Source of the DNA: Candidatus Poribacteria bacterium
GTDB taxonomy: Bacteria > Poribacteria > WGA-4E > PCPOR2b
DNA length: 64,000 bases
Assembly: GCA_965208325.1 (NCBI GenBank)
Contig: OZ242326.1
Coordinates: 3,584,001-3,648,000, forward strand
Reading direction: 5' to 3'
The notes under the pieces are model-generated. The model was not told the origin of the DNA, searched no databases, and saw only the letters and a program-made list of their open reading frames with translations. The position numbers were made by a program, and so were the translations under genes. Of this stretch, positions 49,644 through 59,764 are shown in pieces (the first letter of the stretch is position 1; each line of letters begins with the position of its first letter).

Positions 49644-51425
49644 ATGTCAAAATTTGATTTTGTAATTGCTATGGGCGGCGCGCCGGGTCAGGGACTTGAA
49701 AGTGCAGGTCCCGTATTGATAAGGATTTGCGCTCGCCGCGGGCTTTCTGCATTCGCTTACAGCGCGTATCAGTCGTTGATCCGCGGCGGTCATACCTTTT
49801 TGACCATCCGAATCTGTTCGGAACCGGTCGCTAACCATGGTGATAGGATAAATATGGTCATTGCATTGAATCAGGATGCGATGGATAAACACCTTCAGAA
49901 TATTGCTCCGGGCGGGGTGATTCTTTATAACAGCGATAATACCTCCCCGCCAAATAATACTCCCGAAGATGTCCAGCTATGCGCACTCTCCTTTAAGGAA
50001 TTGAGCAATAACAGCCGAAATAGAGTTATGCTAAATACGCTAATGCTTGGCGCTACGCTCTACATAACAGGCGCCGGCTTGGAAGAACTTGAAGACATCT
50101 TGACAATTCAGTTCAAGCGAAAGGGCCAGGAAGTTGTTGATGAGAACATAGGTATTGCGCGCGCCGGTTATAATCATGCTGCCGAACATTTTACCCCGTT
50201 TTCAACGCCGTTCCCAAATCAGGATAAGCCGCTCGCCGTGACGACTGGCAACGAGGCGATGGCGATGGGCGGTGCGGCAGCGGGCGTCAAATTTTACTGC
50301 GCTTATCCAATGAGCCCATCGACAGGCGTTCTGCACTGGATGGCTGCGAACGCGAGAGATTTGGGCATTATGGTTCGTCAGGTTGAGGATGAAATCGGGG
50401 TTGCTAATATGGCGATTGGTGCCGCCCATGCGGGCTGCCGCGCTATGTGCGCAACTTCGGGCGGCGGATTTGCTTTGATGAGTGAAGCCGTCGGCAGTGC
50501 GGGTATGATGGAGATACCAACTGTTTTTATAAATGTGCAGCGCGGCGGTCCTTCAACCGGGTTACCGACCAAGACGGAGCAGGGCGATTTATGGCAGATG
50601 CTCGGCGCCAGTCAGGGAGATTTTCCAAAGATAATTGTCGCGCCGACCAGTATTGCCGATGGTTTCCACACAATTCCCGAACTTTTTAATTTAGTGGATA
50701 AATTCCAGTGTCCAGGAATGATCATCTCCGATCTCACGCTTTCTATGGGATACACGACCATAGATCCTGAAGAAATCAATTGGAATCCGGAGATAGACCG
50801 AGGCGAACTAATTGCCGATGACAACGTCAGCGGCGAAAAATACCTGCGATTCAAGGTTACTGAGAGCGGAATCTCTCCGCGGGCATTGCCGGGGACGGCC
50901 GGGCACGTACACGTCGTAGCAACTGACGAACACGATGAAGATGGCGGCTTGATTACTGATGAATTTACAAACCCGCACATACGCCGAGAGATTATGGAAA
51001 AACGGCAGCGCAAAATGGAAGGCATTAGTGCGTTAATGCCGCCGCCGGATCTCATAGGCGCTGAAGACGCCGATATCACATTAATTGGCTGGGGTTCTAC
51101 GGAAGATGTTATTGAGGAAGCCGCCAGCTTGTTGAGAACGGCAGGATACAGCGTCAATCATGTGCATTTCAAATGGCTTTACCCGATAAATGAAGATAGG
51201 ACTAACCAGGTACTGTCCAAATGTAAACGAGCAATTATTGTGGAATGTAACTACACAGGCCAATTTGCACGCTTCTTGCGTGGTGAAACCGGCTTCAAAG
51301 CTGATGGGCATATTCGCAAGTATGACGGAGAGCCGTTTATGCCGCACCATGTAGTGGATGGTGTTAAAGAGATTGAGGCTGGTAAAACAGATTTGTATGT
51401 ACCGTATCAAGAAATTGTGGTATAA
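49644..51425 (+). CDS. korA: 2-oxoacid:ferredoxin oxidoreductase alpha subunit (gamma-alpha fusion)
   Basis: GGAPGQG, IRGGH, YPMSPST, EDEI, TSGGGFALM and QRGGPSTGLPTKTEQ. Start trimmed to MSKFDF. Confidence 0.92.
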   Translation: MSKFDFVIAMGGAPGQGLESAGPVLIRICARRGLSAFAYSAYQSLIRGGHTFLTIRICSEPVANHGDRINMVIALNQDAMDKHLQNIAPGGVILYNSDNTSPPNNTPEDVQLCALSFKELSNNSRNRVMLNTLMLGATLYITGAGLEELEDILTIQFKRKGQEVVDENIGIARAGYNHAAEHFTPFSTPFPNQDKPLAVTTGNEAMAMGGAAAGVKFYCAYPMSPSTGVLHWMAANARDLGIMVRQVEDEIGVANMAIGAAHAGCRAMCATSGGGFALMSEAVGSAGMMEIPTVFINVQRGGPSTGLPTKTEQGDLWQMLGASQGDFPKIIVAPTSIADGFHTIPELFNLVDKFQCPGMIISDLTLSMGYTTIDPEEINWNPEIDRGELIADDNVSGEKYLRFKVTESGISPRALPGTAGHVHVVATDEHDEDGGLITDEFTNPHIRREIMEKRQRKMEGISALMPPPDLIGAEDADITLIGWGSTEDVIEEAASLLRTAGYSVNHVHFKWLYPINEDRTNQVLSKCKRAIIVECNYTGQFARFLRGETGFKADGHIRKYDGEPFMPHHVVDGVKEIEAGKTDLYVPYQEIVV

Positions 51426-51436
51426 GGAGGAATCAC

Positions 51437-52336
51437 ATGGCAAAGGATGATAAACCCATTAAAGCCGCACCAACAGCGAAGGATTTTAAGGGAAGTGTAT
51501 CCCCAGATTGGTGTCCAGGCTGCGGTGATTTTGGGGTATTGAGGGCGCTTGAGATGGCGTGCGCGAAAACCGGACGCGAACCGCACGAGTTTGTGACGAT
51601 AAGTGGAATCGGATGTTCTTCCAATTTGCCCGGCTTTTTTAATACTTATGGAATGCATACGCTTCACGGCCGATCGCTTGCTGTGGCTACCGGCGTCAAA
51701 CTCGCCAACCACAATCTCAAAGTAATCGTGACCGGCGGGGATGGCGATGGTTTTGGTATCGGCGGCAACCATTTTATGCATACCATGCGCCGCAATATCG
51801 ATCTCCTATACATTGTGATGGATAACCAGATTTACGGATTGACAATCGGTCAAGCCTCACCCACGAGCCGAATGGGAATGAAGACAAAGAGTACCCCCTT
51901 TGGCACCGTCGAACAACCTATCAATCCGCTCGCGTTAGCGATTGTTTCAGGCGCAACCTACGTTGCGAGAGGATTTAGCGGTGACACGAAGCATCTCACC
52001 GAACTGATGTACAGAGGCATGGAACACGAAGGATTCGCGTTTGTAGATGTTTTCAGCCCGTGTATTACCTTCAACAGAGACAACACATTCGCATATTTCA
52101 AACAACGTGTGAGGAAACTCGAAGAAACTGACCATGATCCCAATGATATGCAAGCAGCGATTACGCAAGCCATGACATGGGACGAGGAAATCCCCATCGG
52201 GCTGTTTTATCACGACACGAGTCGTTCGTCTCTTGAAGAACTGGAGCCAGTCCTTCATGAAGGTGTTCCGCTTGCACATCAGCAACTCGGCATTACAAAG
52301 GAGCAGGGAGATGCCATCATCAGAAAGATGATGTAA
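51437..52336 (+). CDS. korB: 2-oxoacid:ferredoxin oxidoreductase beta subunit
   Basis: WCPGCGD, SGIGCSS, LHGR, GGDGD...N TPP motif and SPCITFN. Confidence 0.93.
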   Translation: MAKDDKPIKAAPTAKDFKGSVSPDWCPGCGDFGVLRALEMACAKTGREPHEFVTISGIGCSSNLPGFFNTYGMHTLHGRSLAVATGVKLANHNLKVIVTGGDGDGFGIGGNHFMHTMRRNIDLLYIVMDNQIYGLTIGQASPTSRMGMKTKSTPFGTVEQPINPLALAIVSGATYVARGFSGDTKHLTELMYRGMEHEGFAFVDVFSPCITFNRDNTFAYFKQRVRKLEETDHDPNDMQAAITQAMTWDEEIPIGLFYHDTSRSSLEELEPVLHEGVPLAHQQLGITKEQGDAIIRKMM

Positions 52337-52397
52337 TCCGAGTGCGCTAGCTAGTCAGGTTTTTGAGCAAGTGCGAGAATTTGTCTTGTTTTCTCCG

Positions 52398-52434
52398 AAA
52401 CAGCCCCGATTGCTGATTGGGGCTGTTTTTATTT
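52398..52434 (+). terminator. Rho-independent terminator after korB
   Basis: AAACAGCCCCGAT-TGCTG-ATTGGGGCTGTTT followed by a T-rich tail. Confidence 0.8.
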
Positions 52435-52545
52435 GTGGGAAAAGCCTTAAGACAGTGCCAGTGGCGTGTGTCCTGTTGCCAGCAAAAGCGTCTTTACTAA
52501 CCATCAACTGCTAGTCAATACTTCTACTTACGCGGGTATTTTAGT

Positions 52546-55242
52546 ATGAATTGTGAAGTTATAGACAATGAATCATCGGAAATGGAAATTGCTGAACTGC
52601 ACGAATGGTTCGATTCCTTGGATTATGTCTTGCAGCGTCATGGGCCGGTGAGTGTCCAGCGTCTATTACGTACATTAAACATCCATGCGTTTGAGCAGGG
52701 CGTTCGATTTCCTTTCACGGCCAATACACCCTACATCAACACCATCCCGGCAGAGCAGGAAGTTCAATTTCCGGGGAATAGAGAAATTGAGCGGCGAATC
52801 AAGAACATCATCCGTTGGAATGCAATGGCGATGGTGGTGCGTGCCAACCGCGATGACAGTTCCGTCGGAGGACATATTTCAAGCTATGCGTCCGCGGCTA
52901 CATTATATGAGGTTGGTTTTAACCACTTTTTCCGTGCTAAGAGTGAAGACCATGAAGGTGATTTGATCTATTTTCAGGGACATGCCTCACCCGGGATTTA
53001 TGCTAGGGCGTTTTTGGAGGGCCGTCTGTCCAAACAAGATTTGGAGAACTTTCGCAAAGAACTACAACCCGGGGGCGGCCTCTCATCGTATCCTCATCCG
53101 TGGTTGATGCCCATCTTCTGGCAATTTCCCACAGTTTCCATGGGACTTACGCCGATTATGGCGATTTATCAAGCTCGGTTTATACGCTATCTTGAGGATA
53201 GGGGATTAAAGGCGCCGAGCGATGCAAAAGTGTGGGCTTTCCTTGGCGATGGCGAAATGGACGAACCGGAATCCCTTGGGTCAATCTCTCTGGCTTCCCG
53301 AGAAAAATTAGACAACCTAATCTTTGTAATTAACTGCAACCTACAGCGGTTGGATGGTCCCGTGCGGGGTAACGGCAAAATCATACAAGAACTAGAAACT
53401 GTCCTACGGGGCGCTGGGTGGAATGTAATCAAAGTTATTTGGGGGGACGACTGGGACCCGCTGCTCGCTGAAGACCACGAAGGGCATTTGTTAAAGCGGA
53501 TGGAAGAGGTTGTTGACGGGCAGTACCAAAAGTACAAGACGGGTTCCGGGGCAGAATCCGGACGGTATATCCGCCAACACTTTTTTGGTGAGGCGCCTCG
53601 CTTACTGGAACTCGTTAAGCACCTTTCCGATGAACAGCTCTACAAGTTGAGGCGGGGCGGGCACGATCCCAAAAAAGTGTATAATGCATATAAAGCCGCA
53701 TTCGATCACAAGGGCGCCCCTTCTGTTATTTTGGCGAAAACAATAAAAGGATACGGCCTCGGTGAAACCGGTGAAGGCAAGAATATCACTCATCAACAGA
53801 AGAAGTTGAACGAGGAGGAGCTTCGTGAATTTCGAAGCCGTTTTAATATCCCGATTTCGGACGATGAAGTTGCCGAAGCGCCGTTTTACAGGCCGCCGGA
53901 CAATAGTCCGGAAATTCAGTATTTGCACGAACGCCGGCGGAAACTCGGCGGCTACGTACCTAGGCGTACGGTAATGGCACCACCCCTTAAACGCCCGCCG
54001 GAACTTCTGTTTGCAGAGTTTTACAAAGGATCGGACGGTAGGGAGGTTTCCACGACAATGGCGTTTGTGCGGATGCTAACGAAAATGCTGCGGGATAAGG
54101 AGATTGGCGAGCTAATTGTGCCGATCGTGCCTGATGAAGCTCGCACTTTCGGAATGGAAGCCCTGTTCCGCCAGGTTGGCATTTACTCGTCCGTCGGGCA
54201 ACTTTATGAACCTGTTGACGCCGACACGCTGCTCTACTATAAAGAAAGCAGAGATGGACAAATCCTAGAAGAGGGACTTACCGAAGCGGGTTCTATGTCT
54301 TCGTTCATGGCCGCGGGCACTGCTTATGCGACCTTGGGCATCAACACTATCCCCTTCTTCATCTTCTATTCCATGTTTGGGCTTCAGCGGATTGGCGATT
54401 TTATATGGGCGGCTGGCGACATGCGTTGCCGGGGGTTCCTTATCGGTGCAACTTCAGGCCGTACCACGCTCGCTGGCGAGGGGCTGCAGCATCAGGACGG
54501 ACATAGCCATCTGCTGGCATATTCCGTCCCAAACCTCCTCACATATGACCCGGCTTTCGCTTACGAACTGGCTATCATCATCCAAGACGGTATCCGCCGG
54601 ATGTATGAAGAACAGGAAAGCATCTTCTACTATCTAACCGTAGGAAATGAACCGTACGTTATGCCGCCTTTGCCCAATGAGGAAGTTAAGGATGGCATCC
54701 TCAAGGGGATGTACAAGTACAAAGGGACAAAGTTAAAAGGGGCGAACCTGCATGCTCAACTTTTGGGGAGCGGTTCTATCTTGAATGAAGTTCTAAAGGC
54801 GGGGCAGATTCTTGAAGATCGCTACAACGTCGCTGCGGATGTGTGGAGTGTTACGAGCTATAAACAGTTGTACCGCGATGGAGACTCTGTCGAACGTTGG
54901 AATATGCTGCATCCGTCCGAGTCATCGAAGATTCCTTATGTAACCGCATGTTTCGAAGATGCCCCCGGTGTTTTTGTGGCGGCTTCGGATTATGTCAAAG
55001 CGCTTCCAGATTCGATTTCTCAATGGATACCTAGACCGCTTGTTACCTTGGGTACAGATGGATTCGGCAGAAGTGATGACCGAGCCGCACTGCGAGATTT
55101 TTTTGAAGTGGATGCCAAGTTCATTACGCTGGCGACGCTAAATGCGCTTGCCTGCGAAGGCAAGATTTCATTTGACGTCGTAAAAGCTGCGATGCAAGAA
55201 TTGGAGATAGACTCGAAAAAACTCAATCCTATGGATGTTTAA
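52546..55242 (+). CDS. aceE: Pyruvate dehydrogenase E1, homodimeric type
   Basis: YINTIP, GGHISSYAS, SSYPHPWLMP, GDGEMDEPES and GEGLQHQDGHS. Confidence 0.96.
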   Translation: MNCEVIDNESSEMEIAELHEWFDSLDYVLQRHGPVSVQRLLRTLNIHAFEQGVRFPFTANTPYINTIPAEQEVQFPGNREIERRIKNIIRWNAMAMVVRANRDDSSVGGHISSYASAATLYEVGFNHFFRAKSEDHEGDLIYFQGHASPGIYARAFLEGRLSKQDLENFRKELQPGGGLSSYPHPWLMPIFWQFPTVSMGLTPIMAIYQARFIRYLEDRGLKAPSDAKVWAFLGDGEMDEPESLGSISLASREKLDNLIFVINCNLQRLDGPVRGNGKIIQELETVLRGAGWNVIKVIWGDDWDPLLAEDHEGHLLKRMEEVVDGQYQKYKTGSGAESGRYIRQHFFGEAPRLLELVKHLSDEQLYKLRRGGHDPKKVYNAYKAAFDHKGAPSVILAKTIKGYGLGETGEGKNITHQQKKLNEEELREFRSRFNIPISDDEVAEAPFYRPPDNSPEIQYLHERRRKLGGYVPRRTVMAPPLKRPPELLFAEFYKGSDGREVSTTMAFVRMLTKMLRDKEIGELIVPIVPDEARTFGMEALFRQVGIYSSVGQLYEPVDADTLLYYKESRDGQILEEGLTEAGSMSSFMAAGTAYATLGINTIPFFIFYSMFGLQRIGDFIWAAGDMRCRGFLIGATSGRTTLAGEGLQHQDGHSHLLAYSVPNLLTYDPAFAYELAIIIQDGIRRMYEEQESIFYYLTVGNEPYVMPPLPNEEVKDGILKGMYKYKGTKLKGANLHAQLLGSGSILNEVLKAGQILEDRYNVAADVWSVTSYKQLYRDGDSVERWNMLHPSESSKIPYVTACFEDAPGVFVAASDYVKALPDSISQWIPRPLVTLGTDGFGRSDDRAALRDFFEVDAKFITLATLNALACEGKISFDVVKAAMQELEIDSKKLNPMDV

Positions 55243-55345
55243 TAGTGATTAGTGACGGGTGTAAAGGCAGCGATTCGTGGATGGTGATGAGCAAACGCCT
55301 TAACTTACCACTGAACAAAAACCTGTAACAGCTTGGTGAAAAGAG

Positions 55346-56671
55346 ATGGAACAACAATTTTTGCTTCCCGAACTTGGTGAAAATATAGAAGATGGCGATG
55401 TTTTGAGCATCTTGGTATCAGTGGGGGATACCATTGATGAAGAGCAGCCGGTACTGGAAATCGAAACGGACAAGGCAGCCATTGAAGTTCCGTGCTCGGT
55501 TAGCGGTGTTGTCAAAGCGATTCATGTAGAAGAAGGTGGTAAGGCTAAAGTTGGACACCCCATCCTGACTGTGGAGACGATGGGTGAGGGTAAAGCCGTT
55601 GAGGTCGAAGCGCCTACGGCGACAAGCGTAGCTGATGATGAAGATACAATTACGCCTGAAGAATCACCTCCGGAGGCAGCGCCGGTAGTCGCATTGGAAG
55701 CCGCACGCCGCATCCCCGATACGCCGCCGACAGAGGTAATTCCTCGTGACATTGCGCCGGCATCGCCATCCGTTCGCCGATTTGCGCGTGAAATTGGAAT
55801 TGATATCAATCAGGTCACTGGTTCAGGACCTGGTGGACGAATTTCTGTTGAGGACATTAAGAATCATGCATATCAGATTAATGCTGAGCCAGCGGCACAC
55901 AGGACAGCTTCCCCGGGTGCTGCGAACCAAATTCCCGCGCCGCCGCTTCCGGATTTCTCGAAATGGGGCGAGGTGGAACGAGAGCCGATGAGCAGTGTGC
56001 GCCGTGCGACCGCGGCGCACATGGCGACTGCCTGGTCGGCTATCCCCCATGTGACTCAATCCGATAAGGCTGATATTACCGAATTAGATAAACTGCGCAA
56101 GCAATTCCGCGCGAGAACAGAAACAGCGGGCGGAAAACTGACGATTACCGCTATACTGCTCAAGATTGCCGCTTGCACTTTGCAACGGTTTCCGCAATTT
56201 AACGCAAGCGTCGATATGGCGAAGCGAGAAATTATCTATAAGAAATATTACCATGTCGGCGTAGCGGTTGATACGGATCGTGGACTTCTAGTACCGGTCA
56301 TTCGGGATGTGGATCGGAAGAGCATCATCGAACTTTCTGCCGAAATAAGCCAGATTGCCGAAAGGGCGCGCAGCAAGAAACTGACTCCTGAAGACATGCA
56401 GGGCAGAACGTTCACCATTACGAATCTTGGGGGTATTGGCGGCACTCACTTTTCTCCGATTGTGAATCACCCTGAGGTCGCGATTCTCGGGGTTGCCCGC
56501 GGCCGTATTGAGCCAGTTCTGATTAACGATGCGTTTCAACCGCGGTTGTTGTTGCCGCTCATACTGTCGTACGATCACCGGTTAATTGACGGTGCGGATG
56601 CGGCTCGATTTTTGCGCTCAATAGCGGAAATGCTTGAAGAACCTTTCTCGTTTGCTCTGGATTTGAAATGA
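55346..56671 (+). CDS. aceF: Dihydrolipoamide acetyltransferase E2 (single lipoyl domain)
   Basis: ETDKA lipoyl motif, ASPSVRRFARE and SYDHRLIDGA. Confidence 0.95.
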   Translation: MEQQFLLPELGENIEDGDVLSILVSVGDTIDEEQPVLEIETDKAAIEVPCSVSGVVKAIHVEEGGKAKVGHPILTVETMGEGKAVEVEAPTATSVADDEDTITPEESPPEAAPVVALEAARRIPDTPPTEVIPRDIAPASPSVRRFAREIGIDINQVTGSGPGGRISVEDIKNHAYQINAEPAAHRTASPGAANQIPAPPLPDFSKWGEVEREPMSSVRRATAAHMATAWSAIPHVTQSDKADITELDKLRKQFRARTETAGGKLTITAILLKIAACTLQRFPQFNASVDMAKREIIYKKYYHVGVAVDTDRGLLVPVIRDVDRKSIIELSAEISQIAERARSKKLTPEDMQGRTFTITNLGGIGGTHFSPIVNHPEVAILGVARGRIEPVLINDAFQPRLLLPLILSYDHRLIDGADAARFLRSIAEMLEEPFSFALDLK

Positions 56672-56708
56672 GCAACTAAGCAAGCAGATGAAACGAGAGA
56701 AAAGCTAA

Positions 56709-56739
56709 CGATCAACCGAGTGAATAGCGAAGGCGATAG
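56709..56739 (+). repeat. Dispersed ~32-bp repeat family copy
   Basis: CGATCAACCGAGTGAATAGCGAAGGCGATAG. Confidence 0.8.
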
Positions 56740-56783
56740 CCTCCACTCACCACTGCGCTTTTCACAGTCCTTGAGGATAGAAA

Positions 56784-58202
56784 TTGGGTTACGATAGTTC
56801 AACGCAAGTTGCTGTAATTGGTGCAGGACCTGGTGGATATGCCGCCGCATTTAGGGCTGCAGATTTGGGGATGCAAGTTGCCCTGATTGATTTGGAGCCC
56901 AATCCTGGCGGCGTCTGTCTTTACCGAGGATGCATTCCGTCCAAAGCCCTATTACATATTGCAAGGGTGCTTACAGACGCACGTGAAGCGGTTGAATTGG
57001 GAATTGAATTTACTAAGCCGGCAATTGACCTCCATCGGGTGCGCACCTGGAAAGAGGGTATGGTACAGAAAATGACGGCGGGGCTTGCGGAACTTTGTCA
57101 GCATCGTAATGTCAACTATATCCAAGGTAGAGCCAGCTTTTTGGATGCCAAGAATCTGAGAATTCAGACCGATCTGGGTGCAGAAAACACACTGTCGATC
57201 GACCATGCAATTTTAGCAACCGGCTCCCGATCCGCCACCGTACCTAACCTGCCCCTACAAGGGTCTCGCATTCTCGACTCAACGTGCGCCTTGGAACTAA
57301 ATGAAGTTCCAAGAAACATGCTAGTGGTGGGCGGCGGCTACATCGGACTTGAGCTGGGGAGTGTTTACGCGGCACTCGGAACAGATGTCTCTGTCGTGGA
57401 GATGTTACCCGGTCTGCTAACGGGCGTTGACCGTGATCTCGTCAATGTCATCTCCAAGCGGCTGGAAAAGTTGTTCAAATCCATCGTTACCAATACCAAG
57501 GTTGCGCACATGGAAGAAACCCCAGAAGGTATTCGGGTACGACTTGAAGGTGAGGACATCGAAGCGTCGGAACAAGTATTCGAGACGATTCTCATCGCCG
57601 TCGGACGGAAGCCCAACACGAGCGGTTTGGGTTTGGAAAATACAAGCGTCGAAATTGATGGGGCGGGATTTGTCGTCGTAGACGCGCAAAGGCGGACGAA
57701 GGAGCCTACAATCTACGCCATCGGAGATGTGGCTGGCGAACCAATGCTTGCCCACAAGGCATCTCATGAAGGTTTAATTGCGGCGGAAGCGATTGCCGGT
57801 CACAAAGTTGCGTTCGAGCCCCGGTCGATACCCGCTGTTGTTTTCACGGATCCGGAGATTGCATGGTGCGGCTTGACCGAGACGCAGGCGAAAAGCGAGA
57901 ATCGTTCCGCAGAGGTCGTCCGATTCCATTGGCGTGTTTCCGGTAGGGCGGCGACGTTGGGGCGTAATGACGGCCTCACCAAACTGCTCATTGATCCAGA
58001 GACCGAGCGGATATTGGGAGTGGGGATTGTCGGCGCCGGCGCTGGCGAGTTAATTGCAGAAGGCGTACTCGCCATCGAAATGGCGGCGACGGCATCCGAC
58101 CTCCAATGGACAATTCATCCGCACCCAACCCTATCGGAAACAGTCATGGAATCCGCCGAAACCTTTTTTGGACACAGCTCGCATATGTACCGGCCTAAGT
58201 AA
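56784..58202 (+). CDS. lpdA: Dihydrolipoamide dehydrogenase E3
   Basis: GAGPGGY, GGVCLYRGCIPSK and HPHPTLSE. Confidence 0.96.
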   Translation: MGYDSSTQVAVIGAGPGGYAAAFRAADLGMQVALIDLEPNPGGVCLYRGCIPSKALLHIARVLTDAREAVELGIEFTKPAIDLHRVRTWKEGMVQKMTAGLAELCQHRNVNYIQGRASFLDAKNLRIQTDLGAENTLSIDHAILATGSRSATVPNLPLQGSRILDSTCALELNEVPRNMLVVGGGYIGLELGSVYAALGTDVSVVEMLPGLLTGVDRDLVNVISKRLEKLFKSIVTNTKVAHMEETPEGIRVRLEGEDIEASEQVFETILIAVGRKPNTSGLGLENTSVEIDGAGFVVVDAQRRTKEPTIYAIGDVAGEPMLAHKASHEGLIAAEAIAGHKVAFEPRSIPAVVFTDPEIAWCGLTETQAKSENRSAEVVRFHWRVSGRAATLGRNDGLTKLLIDPETERILGVGIVGAGAGELIAEGVLAIEMAATASDLQWTIHPHPTLSETVMESAETFFGHSSHMYRPK

Positions 58203-58551
58203 CGTTGTCCTCGCCCTGTAGGGGTTCTACTTAGGTTTCTCACCACCTAGCCTTCCTGCGATTTTGCTTTCCACTCTCTTTATTTCATCCTACATAAACA
58301 ATGGCACTAATGTAATACCGAAAATCATTTGTATGCTTCGGTGGGTTCGATTGCCCAATCGAACCGGTATTAATCCATGCCCGTAAGTCCCGATGGAAAC
58401 CGCACCTACCGAAATATGTGAAAATATGTATCGAGTTGACTATGGTTAAATTTAAAGGTCATGAGTCGGTTTCCTGATTTGCATTGTAAATCGGGAAAAC
58501 AAACGGTTGCATTGAGCAAAACACAACAATCAAGCGACCGAGACTGAAGTA

Positions 58552-58580
58552 TTGACAATGCCCAATCCCAATGGCATAAT
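58552..58580 (+). promoter_or_regulatory. Near-consensus sigma70 promoter with no downstream sense gene
   Basis: TTGACA-17 nt-CATAAT with extended TG. Confidence 0.5.
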
Positions 58581-58706
58581 CGCAAGCACCACGCAGTGCG
58601 CTAATAGTGTCTACCTACCTGACACCAAAACACGCAGCTTACGGAGATTCCATTGTGGACGCCGAACCCACAGCATGGTAGATATAGATTGTCTAATGCA
58701 ACCAGT

Positions 58707-58919
58707 TTAAGCATTCTTGAATGTTTCCCAATCTATGCCTTACTGCCTAATTACATTACGAAGCGTGCCAATTTTCAGATCCTTATTGCCCCAGTCAGGG
58801 ATGACCGCTTCGTCTCCAGTTTTGGTATAAACCCAGGTGCGGTGAGATTCTGACTTGCGCTTAGGTTTTTCTTTACAACCAAGCCGCTTTAATTTTTTGG
58901 TTGTGTTTCGATACTTCAT
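58707..58919 (-). pseudogene. hicA: HicA-family toxin with premature stop
   Basis: Manual translation MKYRNTTKKLKRLGCKEKPKRKSESHRTW...VIPDWGNKDLKIGTLRNVIRQ*GIDWETFKNA; internal TAA at 58740-58742. Confidence 0.8.
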
Positions 58920-59171
58920 TGAATGCGACTACCGTTTCAAATGAGGGCATAGAATCTTCAGTCAATTCATCACCTGAATATTTAATAGCATTAGGGAGCG
59001 GACGATTATTGTGTTCATAAAGCTCTACAACGGCAGCAAAAGCATCAATTACGTTGGCTTCCATTTCATCTAATGAATCACATTCGGTTATCAATTCGGG
59101 TATTTCTTTACATGTTATGGAAATCCACCTTCCGGCTGTGATTCAAGGCGGAGGGCCAAAACACATTCCAT
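58873..59171 (-). pseudogene. hicB: HicB-family antitoxin with frameshift
   Basis: MECVLALRLESQPEGGF, then a 1-nt deletion near 59120, then ITCKEIPELITECDSLDEMEANVIDAF...RPLP. Confidence 0.8.
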
Positions 59172-59513
59172 ATTTTTAGCTATCCTTTCGTTTGCGAGTG
59201 ATTAGGTGTGTGCAATAAAATCATATTCAATTATTGGTGGTATGAATAGTAGGCCCACTCACCATTCCCACGAAGCGAAGAAACGCCACAAGCGAATACA
59301 ACAAAAATCACGTAACGATGGTTTGGAAGCAAATTATAGCATATGACCTCATTACCCATGTCAAGCAAAAAACGTGGAAAAATGCGCTACCGAAGCATCA
59401 GTCAGCAGTCAAAACCATGTACGAATCGCTCACAGCACGCATCACCGACCGCACCTTACACAAATCTTAACCGTTTACGCATTACGCTTTACTCGTTACT
59501 CTTTACCGTAGGC

Positions 59514-59562
59514 GCGATCAAGCAAGTGGATAGCGAGCGCGATAGAGATCCCCTTTCCAACC
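59514..59562 (+). repeat. Dispersed repeat family, variant B (second copy 61931-61978)
   Basis: GCGATCAAGCAAGTGGATAGCGAGCGCGATAGAGATCCCCTTTCCAACC versus GATCGAGCGAGTGGATAGCGAGCGCGATTGAGATCCCGTTTCCCAACC. Confidence 0.8.
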
Positions 59563-59590
59563 GCGCACGCAGACTATATACTCTTTTCCA

Positions 59591-59618
59591 TTGACAGAAT
59601 TGGGCGATATGATACTAT
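59591..59618 (+). promoter_or_regulatory. Putative sigma70 promoter of the kinase/regulator pair
   Basis: TTGACA-16 nt-TACTAT with extended TG. Confidence 0.45.
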
Positions 59619-59764
59619 TATTCCGTAACCATCCCCGACAAATCCGACGAGGACGTCCGGACGCACTGCCCGATGAAACCATCAACGCCGCAGCGTAGTC
59701 CGAAGTGCACAAGCAAACTCATGAACTTGATTGATTTCCGATCGTGAACCGCCAAGGAGAAGGA

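Noticed and set aside
59625..59740. Hammerhead- or riboswitch-like words in the kinase 5' UTR (CCGATGA, GAAA)
   Set aside because: The CUGAUGA core and the required three stems could not be assembled.
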